Positions 11,811 through 24,565 are shown, counted from the first letter of the stretch. The stretch is 64,000 nt of DNA from Octopus sinensis (GCF_006345805.1 NC_043005.1:51088001-51152000), one strand, 5' to 3'. Notes: generated by a model from the sequence alone, not told the origin. Numbers and translations: made by a program.

Positions 11811-12007
11811 TGGCAGAAGCGAAGTGTAGTCGATGGATTTCCGGCCATTTTTTATGAAAATAGTTTGTGTAAATTTTTAATTTATATATATGATTCATCC
11901 AGTTTTTAATTATAAACTCACTTAGCTCATTTATATGTTTGTAACGTCCTGTATTGTCCTTCTTTGTAATTGATGTATATTATCATAATAAAGAAATCGG
12001 TGGTTGT

Positions 12008-12052
12008 CACGCGCTGATGACGGGTCAATACCCAGAAACTCCGGTCCGTGTG
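12008..12052 (+). ncRNA. Type-I minimal hammerhead ribozyme motif at the start of a ~220-bp pLTR-like repeat (11998-12222)
   Basis: cacgcg-CTGATGA-c gggt caat accc a-GAAA-c tccg g-TC-cgtgtg. Stem I is 6 bp with one G-U, stem II is gggt/accc, and the predicted cleavage triplet GUC is at 12044-12046. Confidence 0.75.
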
Positions 12053-12235
12053 TATCACATCAGGCTGGAGATGGGAACGATGACTTCCCTTTGCAAATAC
12101 TGATAGGGCACAGATAGTGAATCAATAGCCAGCTGGAGGAAATGTTTTCATGGAGCTACAAGCTACGGTAGCATCAACCCTTAAGGGTCAGCCACATTTA
12201 GGTGACAAATATACTTCGCGATACATATATATATA

Positions 12236-13516
12236 CAATTTGGGGAAGCAAAATTTACAATGAAAGTTAAGTTGTTTTTTCTCAGGAGACACTAAGTCAA
12301 TTGTTTTGAAACCTAGCATATATTGATGTCATACTCATACCTAACACTATTATCCTTACCTTTTCAGAAACTTTTGCCCATATGAGTAATCAGGAAAGCA
12401 AAAGTCAAAGAGTGTGTGATTTTCTGAATGCACTCGTCACACTAAAGGAGATTTCAAAAATAGTTGGAATGTCCATAAAGACTATTTATAATGTAAAGAA
12501 TAGAATGACTATGAGCAAATCTATTATGAGAAAGTCTGGAAGTTGAGGAATCAACAAAAGACGTACCAAAGCTTTTATTAAAGCTCTCAAATCCCAAATC
12601 CTAAAGGATCCAACCAAATCCATGAGAAAAATGGCAATTGAACTAGACAACAAGACCATTAGAAATGCTGTAAAATATGATTTGAAGTTAAAATCTTACA
12701 CGAGAACCCCAAAACACTTGTTGATAACAGCTATGAAGGAAAAGAGATTGGAGAGGTGCAAGAAAATTATTACATGTTTCAAGAAAAAGTCCTCCATTGT
12801 AACGATCTTTTCAGATGAAAAGATCTTCACTGCCAATGCTGTTCTGAACAGCAGAAATGACAGATTTATCGCAAAATCAACAGCTGAGGTTAAGGGGACA
12901 TTCAAAACAAAAGATCCTGCTCAAGTTATGGCTTTTGATGTTGTGGCTTCCGATGGAAAGAAAATGCCTATAAAATTCTACAAAGCTGATGAAAAGATCA
13001 ATGTTAATACTTACTACAAGACTCTGAGATACCAGGTATTGCGATGGCTTAAAGCAAACTACCCAGATGGTAATTATGTATGGACACAGGATGGTGCTCC
13101 AGCCCACACAACTAGAAAAATACAAGATTTCTGTAAATCCAACTTTAGAAATTTTTTGGAATCATATTTATGGCTGCATTCTTGCCTAGATCTAAACTCT
13201 CTGGATTATGCTATTTGGGGCGCTTTAGAACATGCTACCAATAGAACATCACACAGCAATGTCGACTCTCTTAAAGGTACTATTAAAGAAGAATGGGAGA
13301 AGTTTTCTTCCGAATATTTGAGGAACACCTGTGCAAGTTTCAGGAAGCGTATGAAGGCAGTTATTGAGAAAGAAGGACGACACAGAATAAAAATATTTTC
13401 TATTATGTAAATTGTCTTGTGACAAATAAATTCTCATGACTTTCAATAAACAACTAGTCATACACTGTCTTTCACTCCCTGCCTCAAAATATTGTAAATG
13501 TTGCTTCCCCACCCTG
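12236..13516 (+). mobile_element. Tc1/mariner transposon, DD37D (maT) type
   Basis: TIRs caatttggggaagcaaaatttacaat / attgtaaatgttgcttccccaccctg with TA flanks. FSDEKIF...QDGAPAH...DLNSLDY, 37 aa between D2 and D3. Confidence 0.92.
12382..13410 (+). pseudogene. DD37D transposase with in-frame stop near 12544
   Basis: ATG at 12382 (MSNQESK...), TGA at ~12544, then the 262-aa ORF 12622..13410. Confidence 0.85.
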
Positions 13517-13539
13517 TATATATATATATATACTTATAA

Positions 13540-13627
<88 letters not shown>

Positions 13628-13639
13628 GTGTGTGTATGG

Positions 13640-13670
<31 letters not shown>

Positions 13671-14249
13671 ATTTGTATGTTTTATGTATGTATTCTCATG
13701 CATATAGTTACATATCTAGACATGCTCATATATATCTAAATGATAAACATCTGGAAAGTTTTACAGATATTTACAGTTCCAGTGATGGATTGAATCTGTA
13801 GTCGTCAGATTAGCTTTCTCCTTTCTGGTTTTATGTATGTATGTATGTACTTATTCCGACGGGCTTCTTTCAGTTTCTACCTGCCAAAATCCACTCGCAA
13901 GGCTTTGGCCAGCCTGGGGCTATAGCAGAAGACGCCCAAGATGTCACACGACGGAACTGAACTCGGAACCACATGGTTGGAAAGCAAACTTCTTACGACA
14001 TAGCCACCCCTATGCATTCATTTTCAGGATGATTTAATTCAGAGGGTTTGATTGAGATTAGAATATCGTAGGAAAGACGGATTTTTCATGCCGAGCCAAC
14101 CAGTAGGAGACCTCGGGTTAGACCAAGAAAGAAATGGTTGGCCATACTTGGGTATCTAACCGGAAACTTTAATGACAGCTGCTTCTGACAGGGCCAAATG
14201 GAGGAGGAGGTGCCTGGGGATTCTAATCCCACGACCTTCCCAGGAATAG

Positions 14250-14398
14250 CGGCTGGCTGGGTAGCTGGGTAGCTAGCTGGATGGATGGATGGATGGATGG
14301 ATGGGTGGCTGGCTGGATAGATTGATGGATGGATGGATAAATGGATAGATGGATGGATGGATGGATGGATGAATGGATGGATGGATAGATGGATGGGT
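14250..14398. repeat. (GGAT)n/(GGCT)n microsatellite
   Basis: Directly visible tetranucleotide runs. Confidence 0.95.
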
Positions 14399-15133
14399 GT
14401 GTGAGTGTCTTCTTTCTATTCATGGATCGATGCGGTTTTAAACATAAAATGCATTTTATTAAAACTACTGTCAACAACGCTAAACCCAAACATCTATTTG
14501 GTTTATAATGAGGAACAAAGGCGTCATATTTAATACATACTCACCATGCGGTTTATTTCCTATTGAAATAATAGGAATAGGAGCACACCACAGTTGAGTG
14601 ACCACTGACAACAGGAATGCTGAAAGCAGGATTACCTTGCTAGTGGTTATCATCTTTTAGTTCATCAATCTGAAACGGATTAATAACAGCAGCTGCAGCA
14701 ACATCAAGACCAACATCAACATCAGGAAACAACATCAAGAATAACAACTCCCCCTCCCTCTCCTCCTCCTCCTACTACTACTACTACTACTACTACTACG
14801 GTGGAGGCCCCCTTCGGTCTTGAAAGACCGTGGGATTGCACCTAGAAAGTTACCCTCTGAGGCACAAGTCCGGACTAGGTTGTTTGTGGAAGGTCACCAG
14901 TCACCGATGCATACCAGCCTCTCCTCCTCTCCAAACCACTGATGTTATCCAAGGGAAAGGCAAGGGGCCGATACAGCTTGGCACCAGTGATGTCGCAACT
15001 CATTTCTATAGCTGAGTGAACTTGAGCAACGTGAAATAAAGTGGGAATCGAACCCCCTACTCACGATCGTAAGCTCGACGCTCTAACCACTGAGCCATGC
15101 GCCTTCACTACTACTACTACTACTACTACTACA

Positions 15134-15182
<49 letters not shown>

Positions 15183-16329
15183 AAAACATATACACTCTGA
15201 AAGTCAATGACTGTTCAGTTTGATACGATATTCTCAAAAACTCCATAAAAGCAATTGACAAAACTGTTTGGTAACAACCAGTTTTATGAAGTGCTTTTAT
15301 GAAGTGTTTGTATGCAAAATCTAAATATGAAATCACAATTTTCCTCTTTTCTTGTGGTGCAGTTTTCTTTCTAGTTTTGCATAACCACCTGATAATGCGG
15401 GTTTCAAATTCTGGCACAGACCCAGTAATTTAATGGGAGGGAATAGGTCGATTACATCGACCCAAATTCTCAATCTGGCGCCTATTTTGTCGAGCCCGAA
15501 AAGACGAAATTGAACTCGGAACATAAAGACAGGCGAATGTCGCTAAGCATTTTGCCCGACATGTTAACGATTCTACCAGCTTGCCGTCCTCCACATATCT
15601 AATATTCTTTTCTACTCTAGGCACAAAACCCGAAATTGTGGAGGAGGGGGCCAGTCGATTAGATCGACCCCCAGTACGCAACTATTACTTAATTTATCGC
15701 CCCCGAAAGGATGAAAGGCAAAGTCGATCTCAGTGGAATTTGAACTCAGAACGTAAAGACAGACGTAATACCTCTAAGTATTTCGCCCGGCGTGCTAACG
15801 TTTCTGTCAGCTCGCCGCCTTACTTCAACGTATCTAATATTTAAAAAACCTCTAAGTCGGCAAGCTAGCAGAATCGTTTGCACGCCGGGCAAACTGCTTA
15901 GTGACATTTCGTCCGCCTTTATGTTCGAGTTCAAATTCCTCTAAAGTCGACTTTGCTTTTCATTCTCCCGGGATCGATAAAATAAGTACCAGACAAGTAC
16001 TAAAGGTCGATGTAATCGGCTTACTCTCTACACCCTGAAACAGCTAACCTTGTGCCAAATTATGAAATCAATATTAATATCAACTCTATTAATTTTCATG
16101 TAAAATTTGTACAATTTTATTCCTTTGCAAAGTTCTAATATTCTTCAGGGTAGCAGTCTGTATAGGCTGAGACATGTTTACACTAGTTCAGACATAAGCG
16201 TAGTCTTTGCATGTGGATCAGCTTGAAGTTTCCTTGTAAACGTTGCAAAAGAAACAGCTGGTCTATGTCGCTCTATTATGGCTGTACGCAAGTGTTGTAT
16301 TCATGTAGATGTCCTGCCACGCGGCGGAA

Positions 16330-17460
16330 CTGTCTGAATCAACCTAATTTCTGCTGGTGTGTATTGGTCTCACGTTAAATTCCTAGAAACGTAAATGTAT
16401 ACTAACAAAATGCTGTCAATATCATTTAAGATGTAAAGATGATCAGAATAAGAGTTGGACCTTTAATAATTTTTTGTTTAAAATATTTAAGACCACTAAG
16501 CGGATGGTCAAACGGTTCTGAAATGAAATGCCATTTGCTATGCCAATTATTTGGATGGAACACAAATATTACATAACATACTGTTCTATTTTTTATTTGT
16601 GAAAAAAAAAACGCAAAATGGATAATTTTAAAAACTAAACTCTCAGTTAAATACCCTAGCCTACCGTCTGCAATGAGACGAGTTCCCCACTAGTACTCAA
16701 ATTTCAGTGCCAAATTTTCGTGTACATATTACATTAAGTAATAAAGAATCAAACAAGGATTGAGTATATCAAGAAGAAAAAGGTGAAGACATTTTTTATC
16801 TAATATTCCAGATTTAAAATTACGTGGTTGTCATCTATTGCAAAGTGGTGCTATGTTTCTTTTCCGAAGTCACCATAATAAATTCAAAAAATGGTTCTCC
16901 CATGAAGATGAAATTGTGTTTTGTAAAAATGTACAGTCAGTGATAGGGTTTCTTAGTCGGGATAGTGAATGAGAAGCGATTGTTCAAAGATTTTTTCAAG
17001 AGTCAAGTTCAGAGCAGTATTTCTTCATGACAGAAGTAAATTCAGTTCTGTATCTACGAGACCTGTTGCAAATATGAAAGAGCTATGCATCATTATGAAG
17101 TTACTTTTAGGAAAGGCTCACTGTCAGAAATACAAGTAGAATATCCATAGAGATTTTTTAGAACGTTACACTTTTGCTAAGATTGCTATAAATTACACAA
17201 AGTGTTGTTTCTTTTTTATGTAAGTGGGGCAGTTGTGGTAAAATAACTACGTTCAGAAAAATTGCCCTAGACGTACTTCACTTCTTTCAGACAAGAAAAT
17301 TATTTTGAATGAGTTTGGACCGATGAAAAACTTTGTTAAAGCGAATAATTAACTGCTAAGTGGATTCAAAACCAGTCAATGATATTTTCCTAAATCAATA
17401 ACAAACATTAAAGAATGCAATTTTGTTGACCGTCAGATGAGAGAATTGTTGAGATTGCAT
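16330..17460 (+). pseudogene. Old DNA-transposase relic, probably Chapaev3/CMC-type
   Basis: Collinear degenerate motifs across frames: CLNQPNFC; DDQNKSWT; MPFAMPIIW; VKYPSLPSAMRRVPH; WFSHEDEIVFCKNV; MKLLLGK; PMKNFVKA; IKECNFVDRQMRELL. The superfamily name is from recall, not a search. Confidence 0.65.
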
Positions 17461-17999
17461 GTCATTTGTTAACAATGCAGTTAGCAAATAGTTTGGCCAC
17501 AGGGTAGTGGTGTGTTGCTTGATAATGGTGTAGCCGTTGTGTTGTTTGACGACAGTCTAGTGTGTTGTGTACGGTGACAGATTGTTTGATGCGTTCTTTG
17601 GAAAGTATAACTGAGTATTGTTTTGGTAATAGTATTATTAGTAAGTTCTTCGATGATAGAGTAGTGCATGTGTCATTTGGTCTCAGTGCAATTATGTCTC
17701 AGTGCATCGTTTGGTAACAACGATCCTTGGTATGTTGTCAAGTGACAGAGGAGATGCAACGTTTCGTGACAATAGAGTTGAAATATTTTCGTCATGTCGT
17801 TGAATGTTGCTTCGTGACAGATTAATTCAAGTGTTTTTTATCGAATTATACTAGTGTACTATTCTTTGTGCGAATGTGGGTATATTGTCTTGTAACTGTT
17901 TTGTTGTTGGCATGTTCGTTAGTCACTATTTGACTCTCAGTGTGTTGCTTACTGACTGTTTAGTAGCTATATTGTCTGCTTTAATGCTTACTGAATATA

Positions 18000-19220
18000 C
18001 GAGGGGCGTTCAATACGTAATGCCCCTGACCCACTTGCCATTGTTTGATCTAGCGTATGCAATTATTTATATCTCTATAGAGTTGGTGGCAAATTACAGC
18101 TCTGAACTAATTGGGGTTTCTGATTTACAGGTGTTTGAACTGAGTCAAGTGTGAAATGGAGCCTGTTGAGTGTCGAGCAGTGATCTGGTTTTTGTATTTG
18201 AAAGGACGCACATCACGGGAGACTTTTGATGAAATGAAAGTAACTTATGGTAATGATGCCCCACCATATGACCTTGTAAAACGCTGGCATCGTGAATTCA
18301 AACATGGTCGGAACTCGGTGGAAACAGCTCCCAGATCTGGTCGCCCCACTTCTGCAACTGATGAGGCATCTGTCCGTCAAGTTGAGGCTGCCATTTTGGA
18401 AGATCGACGAATAACTATTCGCCAAATAGCCCACGAGGTCAAGATTAGTACCGGGTCTGTGGAAACTATCATTCATGACCATTTGCATATGCAAAAGGTG
18501 TCTGCCAGATGGATTCCCAGGTTGCTCACACCTTTCCAGAAGCAAGAACGCGTCGAGTGCTCGAGGATGAATTTGGAGATGCGCCAAGAAGATGAGTCAA
18601 AATTTTTCAAAAGACTGATTACATAGGATGAAACCTGGGTCCATCACTATGATCCATAGACCAAAGCCCAGTCAATGCAGTGGAAGCACCGTGACTCACC
18701 AAGACCAAGACGGAGTAGTGATAACAGATTTCCCGGCAAAGGGTACCACAATTACAGGAGCCTATTATGCTTCACTTTTGAGGAAATTAAGAGAAACTAT
18801 CAAAATCAAGAGGCGGGGCAAGATCAGCAAAGACATCCTCCTTCTGCAGGACAACGCTCCGGTCCACAACTCGCTTGTCGCTAGATCAGAAGCACAGGCG
18901 TGCGGCTATGAACTCCTCCCCCACCCCCTACTCTCCTCACCTTGCACCCTCTGATTTTCACCTCTTCCCAACCATGAAGTTGTTTTTGAAAGGAAAGCGT
19001 TTCCCAGGTGATGCAGCCTTGATTTCTGAAGTCACGTCGTGGTTGGAGGACCAAGCTGGGGTCTTCTAAAAAAACGGTCTCCAGAGCTGTATCAAACAAT
19101 GGGAGAAATGCATAACTCTGGGTGGTTCCTATGTAGAGAAAGACTAATATCTGTGCAAAGTTTCGTTGCTCTACTACTATGGGAAGTGGGTCAGAGGCAT
19201 TACTTATTGAACGCCCCTCG
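18000..19220 (+). mobile_element. Mariner DD34D transposon, copy 1 (defective)
   Basis: TA-flanked TIRs cgaggggcgttcaata.gtaatgcc. Motifs MEPVECRAVI, WIPRLL, DETWVHHYDP, QDNAPVH, YSPHLAPSDFHLF. Stops plus a ~60-bp deletion near 18700. Confidence 0.95.
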
Positions 19221-19742
19221 TATAGTTTCGGTGAAGACAGTGATTTGTGCGTTGTTTGGTGATAATGTAGCTAGTGTATCGTTGGGTCACAATATAGATT
19301 GTACACTGTTTGATTATAGTGCACTTGCGCTTTTATTGGTTGTGTTTTTCGTGTGCTGGTTGGTGACAGTGTTGTTCATTTGATATTTGGCCACATGTTA
19401 AGTGAAGCTTCAATGATACTTGATAAAGACATACTGGTATGTTTGATTGCTCGGTCATAGTGGTGCGTTGACTGGTCACAACGTACTTGGCTATGCTAGA
19501 GTGACAATACAGTTGTGTTAGACGAGTTGTTTGATCACAACAAGAGTAGTTGTTGACAGTGTGATGTCGCTTAAGTGGTTGTGTTGTATTTAGTTGGGTC
19601 ACAGTATATATAGTTTTGCGTCATAAACTCACAGCGTAGATGCATGTTGTGAAGTGACGTAATAATTTTGTTCTGATTGCTTGCAGTGTAACTGTGTATT
19701 GCATGGTCACAGCGTAGTTTGTGATTTGAGAATGTCACTGTA

Positions 19743-20989
19743 CGAGGGGCGTTCAATAAGTAATGCCCCTGACCCACTTGCAGTTGTTTGCACTTATTTA
19801 TACCTCTATAGATTAAGTGGCGAATTACAGCTCTGAACTAATTGTGATTTCTGATTTACAGGTGTTTGAACTGAGTCAAGTGTGAAATGGAGCCTGTTGA
19901 GTGTCGAGCAGTGATCTGGTTTTTGTATTTGAAAGGACGCACACCACGGGAGACTTTTGATGAAATGAAAGTAACTTATGGTGACGATGCCCCATCATAT
20001 GACCTTGTAAAACGCTGGCATTGTGAATTCAAACATAGTCGGAACTCTGTGGAAACAGCTCCCAGATCTGGTCGCACCCTTCTGCCGTTGATGAGACGTC
20101 TGTCCGTCAAGTTGAGGCTGCCATTTTGGAAGGTCAACCCATAACTATTCGCCAAATAGCCCATAAGGTCAAGATTAGTACCGGGTCTGTGGAAACTATC
20201 ATTCATGACCATTTGCATATGCAAAAGGTGTCTGCCAGATGGATTTCCAGGTTGCTCACACCTTTCCAGAAGCAAGAACGCGTTGAGTGCTCGAGGATGA
20301 ATTTGGAGATGTGCCAAGAAGATGAGTCAAAATTTTTCAAAAGACTGATCACACAGGATAAAACCTGGGTCCATCACTATGATCCATAGACCAAAGCCCA
20401 GTCAATGCAGTGAAAGCACCGTGACTCACCTCCTCCAAAGAAGGCAAGGGTGCAGCCCTCCGCTGACTAGGTTATGCTCACAGTCTTCTGGGACCAGGAC
20501 GGAGTAGTGATGACAGATTTCCTGGCAAAGGGTACCACAATTACAGGAGCCTATAATGCTTCACTTTTGAGGAAATTAAGAGAAGCTATCAAAATCAAGA
20601 GGCGGGGCAAGATCAGCAAAGGCATCCTCCTCCTGCAGGACAACGCTCCGGTCCACAACTCGCGTGTCGTCAGATCAGAAGTACAGGCGTGCAGCTATGA
20701 ACTCCTCCCCTTGCACCCTCTGATTTTCACCTCTTCCCAGCCATGAAGTTGATTTTGAAAGGAAAGCGTTTCCCAGATGATGCAGCCTTGATTTCTGAAG
20801 TCACGTCGTGGTTGGAGGACCAAGCTGGGGTCTTCTACAAAAACGGTCTCCAGAGCTGTATCAAACGACGGGAGAAATGCATAACTCTGGGTAGTACCTA
20901 TGTAGGAAAAGACTAATAACTGTGCCAAGTGTCGTTGCTCTACTGCTATGGGAAGTGGGTCAGGGGCATTACTTATTGAACGCCCCTCG
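19743..20989 (+). mobile_element. Mariner DD34D transposon, copy 2 (defective)
   Basis: Same TIRs and TA flanks. ORFs 19887..20144, 20126..20389 and 20474..20746. Deletion through the YSPDLAP motif. Confidence 0.95.
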
Positions 20990-21775
20990 TATAGTCTGAC
21001 GACAATGCAGTTTTATATATTTTGAGAGAATGTAGTCACGTGTTGTTTTGTTACAGTGCAGTTGATATGCTATTTGTTGACAATGCTGTGTCGATAACTT
21101 TCGTGTAGTTTGTATGTTATTTACGGACAGATTAATTAGTACGCTCAGTATGTAGTTGGGCTTTTCCTTTTCTTAACTGGGTAGGTGGTATATATTGTTT
21201 GCTGATAGTGTAATTGTGATATGATCACAATGTTATACTTTGATGTTTGTTGGTGGTATAGTCGGCATATAGTTTGGTAACACCTCTGTTGTTTGCTCGG
21301 TGTCGTTATGTGTGATTTGGTCACGGTGTAGTTCACATGTAGCTTGGTTACAATGTAGTTTTATGTTTACTCTTAATAGTATGATTAGTATATCGATTGA
21401 AAACACTATAGTTGGTATGCTGTTTGGTGTACTTTGGGTTGTGTTTGATAATATAATTTGTATGCTGCTTGGTGACTACGAACTAGGAAGTAACAAACCC
21501 TAGGAAGAGTTCAACGGCATAAGGTCTTCAGAGAAGATGTCTCGACCCCACTTCACAACTTATTAAAGAGTTTCGGCCCTTAACTTCTTACATTCTAAGG
21601 AGGCCGAGCCATATCTTAGTCATAGCTCTTGATACTCCTCTGCTGTCACATTTTGTACCAGTGTTTGAGTTTTAACCTGAAACTTTCTGGGTGGGTATCC
21701 CATAGACAAGAAACCATTATATTTTATCACCACATCGGTCTGAGAATCTATACATACATACATACATACATACAT

Positions 21776-21807
<32 letters not shown>

Positions 21808-21824
21808 GCACACACATACATACA

Positions 21825-21855
<31 letters not shown>

Positions 21856-21921
21856 GTACATACATACATACATACATACATACATACATACATACATACA
21901 TACATACATACATACATACAT

Positions 21922-22181
21922 CCGTCCTTGTTTTCGTATACATTCGATGCTTTCTTCCAAGGAATCTAATGCTCTTAGCTTAGGTTTCCCTGGGGGCTGG
22001 CCAGATTGGAGCAATCCCAAAATTAATCAGCCGAAATTGCGAAGATGGTCCGGTTCTTGACTGAGGATAGAAAGCTTCGAATGACCCGTCCTTGTTCCTT
22101 TGTATCGTCTATCTGGATGTTTTGTTGTCCCTTTTTGCATCACCTATTTGTCCGGATGTTTTGCGTTCTCGTCCCATTTTG

Positions 22182-22185
<4 letters not shown>
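21922..22185 (+). repeat. Interspersed repeat (possibly Penelope pLTR-like), also at 59480-59750(-) and 60361-60594
   Basis: Shared 'ccggttcttgactga.gata.aa.gcttcgaatgacccgtcc...gtatcgtctatctggatgtttt'. It always sits within TA/CATA microsatellites. Confidence 0.75.
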
Positions 22186-22237
<52 letters not shown>

Positions 22238-22241
22238 GCAC

Positions 22242-22272
<31 letters not shown>

Positions 22273-22444
22273 TGTATGTATGTATTATGTATACACGCAC
22301 ACAAACACACTCATCCAAACTCTTTAATCCTGATAGTGACAGACCATATACTATTAAAAAGAGGTTTGGTGATATCGCATAACTGCTGTGAATGCTGTAA
22401 ATTAAAAATACCTATTATAGCCTGTTATTGGTCAACCCTCTAAC

Positions 22445-22704
22445 TAGTGTTTCTCGACCGGGTTCCATATGATCCTTGGAGTCCATTTAGCACCTGGGGT
22501 TCTGTATAAGATTATTTTTGTTAAAATTTATGTACAATAAATTGGTAATACTTCTACAATACACAGACTATTTTAACAATTTGTTATTACGATTGCTAAT
22601 AATATTTAATTATAAAAATATAATAGGAATTTTAAAACATCAAATGGTTATGAGAGACCATCCCAGTAAAATGGGAATCAAAGGAGAATGGTTGAGAACC
22701 ACTG
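22445..22704. mobile_element. hAT (Charlie-like) MITE
   Basis: Ends tagtgtttctcgacc / ggttgagaaccactg. Flanks ctctaac / ctctaaac resemble an 8-bp TSD. Confidence 0.7.
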
Positions 22705-24188
22705 CTCTAAACCTTTGTTACAACATATTAGTTAGCTCCTCTATGAAGTAATCTATAACAAATGTGTATAAAAGATCTAAATAGGCAGCATGATAGTAGT
22801 CAGGCTTCATTGTAACGCAAGTATGAAAAAAACCCTCTATTTTGAGTATTCACACTTCAATCCGTCTTGGTTTTGACTTCAGTACGTCATTTCTCAAAGA
22901 TATTGTTTAGTCACTCTAAGAAATTTTGTGCTTTCTTATTCGTTTCGATACCTGTAGTGAAGTCATTGATAATGTTGTTGTGGTGTACAGAAGTTTAATT
23001 GCATTTCCATTTTTCATTCATTGTGAAGAATTTCTCTACATTTCTTAAAATCCTTTTCCATAACTATTGCAAAGTCCGGTGACGAAAATATATCTCACGG
23101 AGACATCTGGTCCCGAAGTATGCCAGTTAATAGTAAATTTTTCAGTAAATTTGTTCGCACTACAATCTCAACTCTTTACTTGTCCAAAGCATTTTCATAA
23201 GCTTGTCCTATACATTCATGCTTGCTTTCAGTGGAGGCGCAATAGGGCAGCGGACTCGCGGTCGTAGGATCGCGGTTTCGTGAGCGAAAACACCTATCTT
23301 TGTCACACTCTGTGTCATGCTTAATCTCCCCCGAGAACTATGTTAAGGGTACACGTGTCTGCTGAGTGCTCGGCCACTTGCACGTTAATTTCACGAGCAG
23401 GCTGTTCCGTTAATTGGATCACCTGAAACCCTCGTCGTCGCAACCGACGGAGTGCCAACATTACATTAAATGCTTGTTTTCAGACTTTTAATTGATTCTT
23501 GTGTCATATGTTTTGGGTAATATAAAGCTTTCCTTTCATAAGTTCCAAGTTGCTCTAGTTGTTGAAAATAATTAGAAATGCGTATCATTTATGATCCATA
23601 GACGCCAATCACATGTGATATACAGAACAGGTAAACGGTTAAGTAGAAAAGTTTATTAAAGGTAGAAAAAAGATTAGATACGCTTCGCTACATCTCATTT
23701 GCTACCCTACCTATTTGATGAAAACTTCTATTGTTCAGTAGAGGATAGAGGAAATAATATATAACAAGGTGTCATATGTTGTGAGTTGATATTCTTTTGG
23801 GAATATCAAGCGCAGAAGAGTTTTATTAATCAATACATTGATCAATTTTCTTACTTCTGAGATTGTATGAAATCTAATTAGTGTACACATGAGGGCATAT
23901 TGGGATCCTGAGGAGAATTGTGTTGATTGGGCCTTTCCCTGCTTTTCCCAGGTGAGTTCCCGCCAAACGTTTTGTCTATATATTTTATGTATGATGCTAC
24001 CCCATCAAACACTTGCAAATATTTTGATAAATACCAGTTCCTTGCAAACATAGATGAATATACACACAAACACACATACAACCATAATGCAAACATACGA
24101 GTATACATATATACGCATATACACACATATGCGTATAGGTAGTTGGGTAGGTAGGTAGGTAGGTTGGTAGGAAGGCAGGCAGCAAGAC

Positions 24189-24278
<90 letters not shown>

Positions 24279-24565
24279 AGGCGCAATGACCCAGTGGTTA
24301 GGGCAGCGGACTCACGGTTGTAGGATCGCGGTTTCGATTCCCAGACCGGGCGTTGTGTGTGTTTATTGAGCGAAAACACCTAAAAGCTCCACGAGGCTCC
24401 GGCAGGGGGTGGTGATTCCTGCTGTACTCCTTCACCACTCTTTCTCTCACTCTTTCTTCTGTTGGCCTGCTCACTTAGCCAGCAGGGTTGCGTCATTTGA
24501 AGGCTAAAACAATGCGAATGCATTGTGACCAGCGATGTGTAGCAACATCTGATGGTCTGGTCGGT

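Larger units (their letters stand above)
6791..11997 (+). mobile_element. Tx1/L1-clade non-LTR retrotransposon, near full length, decayed
   Basis: ORF1 with a CCHC knuckle, ORF2 with APE and RT motifs, and a 3' end AATAAA(11987)GAAAT. Many stops and frameshifts. Confidence 0.9.
17430..21480. repeat. Highly degenerate ~27-bp tandem repeat, interrupted by two mariners
   Basis: Units such as gtgcgttgtttggtgataatgtagcta / gtgtatcgttgggtcacaatatagatt / gtgtgctggttggtgacagtgttgttc occur in 17430-17997, 19223-19740 and 20992-21480. Confidence 0.7.

Noticed and set aside
17430-21480. CRISPR-like repeat/spacer interpretation of the 27-bp periodicity (and of the 184-bp SINE array)
   Set aside because: There are no identical repeats with unique spacers, no cas genes, and the context is eukaryotic.
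24277-24352. tRNA gene
   Set aside because: It has A/B boxes but a poor cloverleaf and continues into a repeated SINE body, so it is a SINE head.
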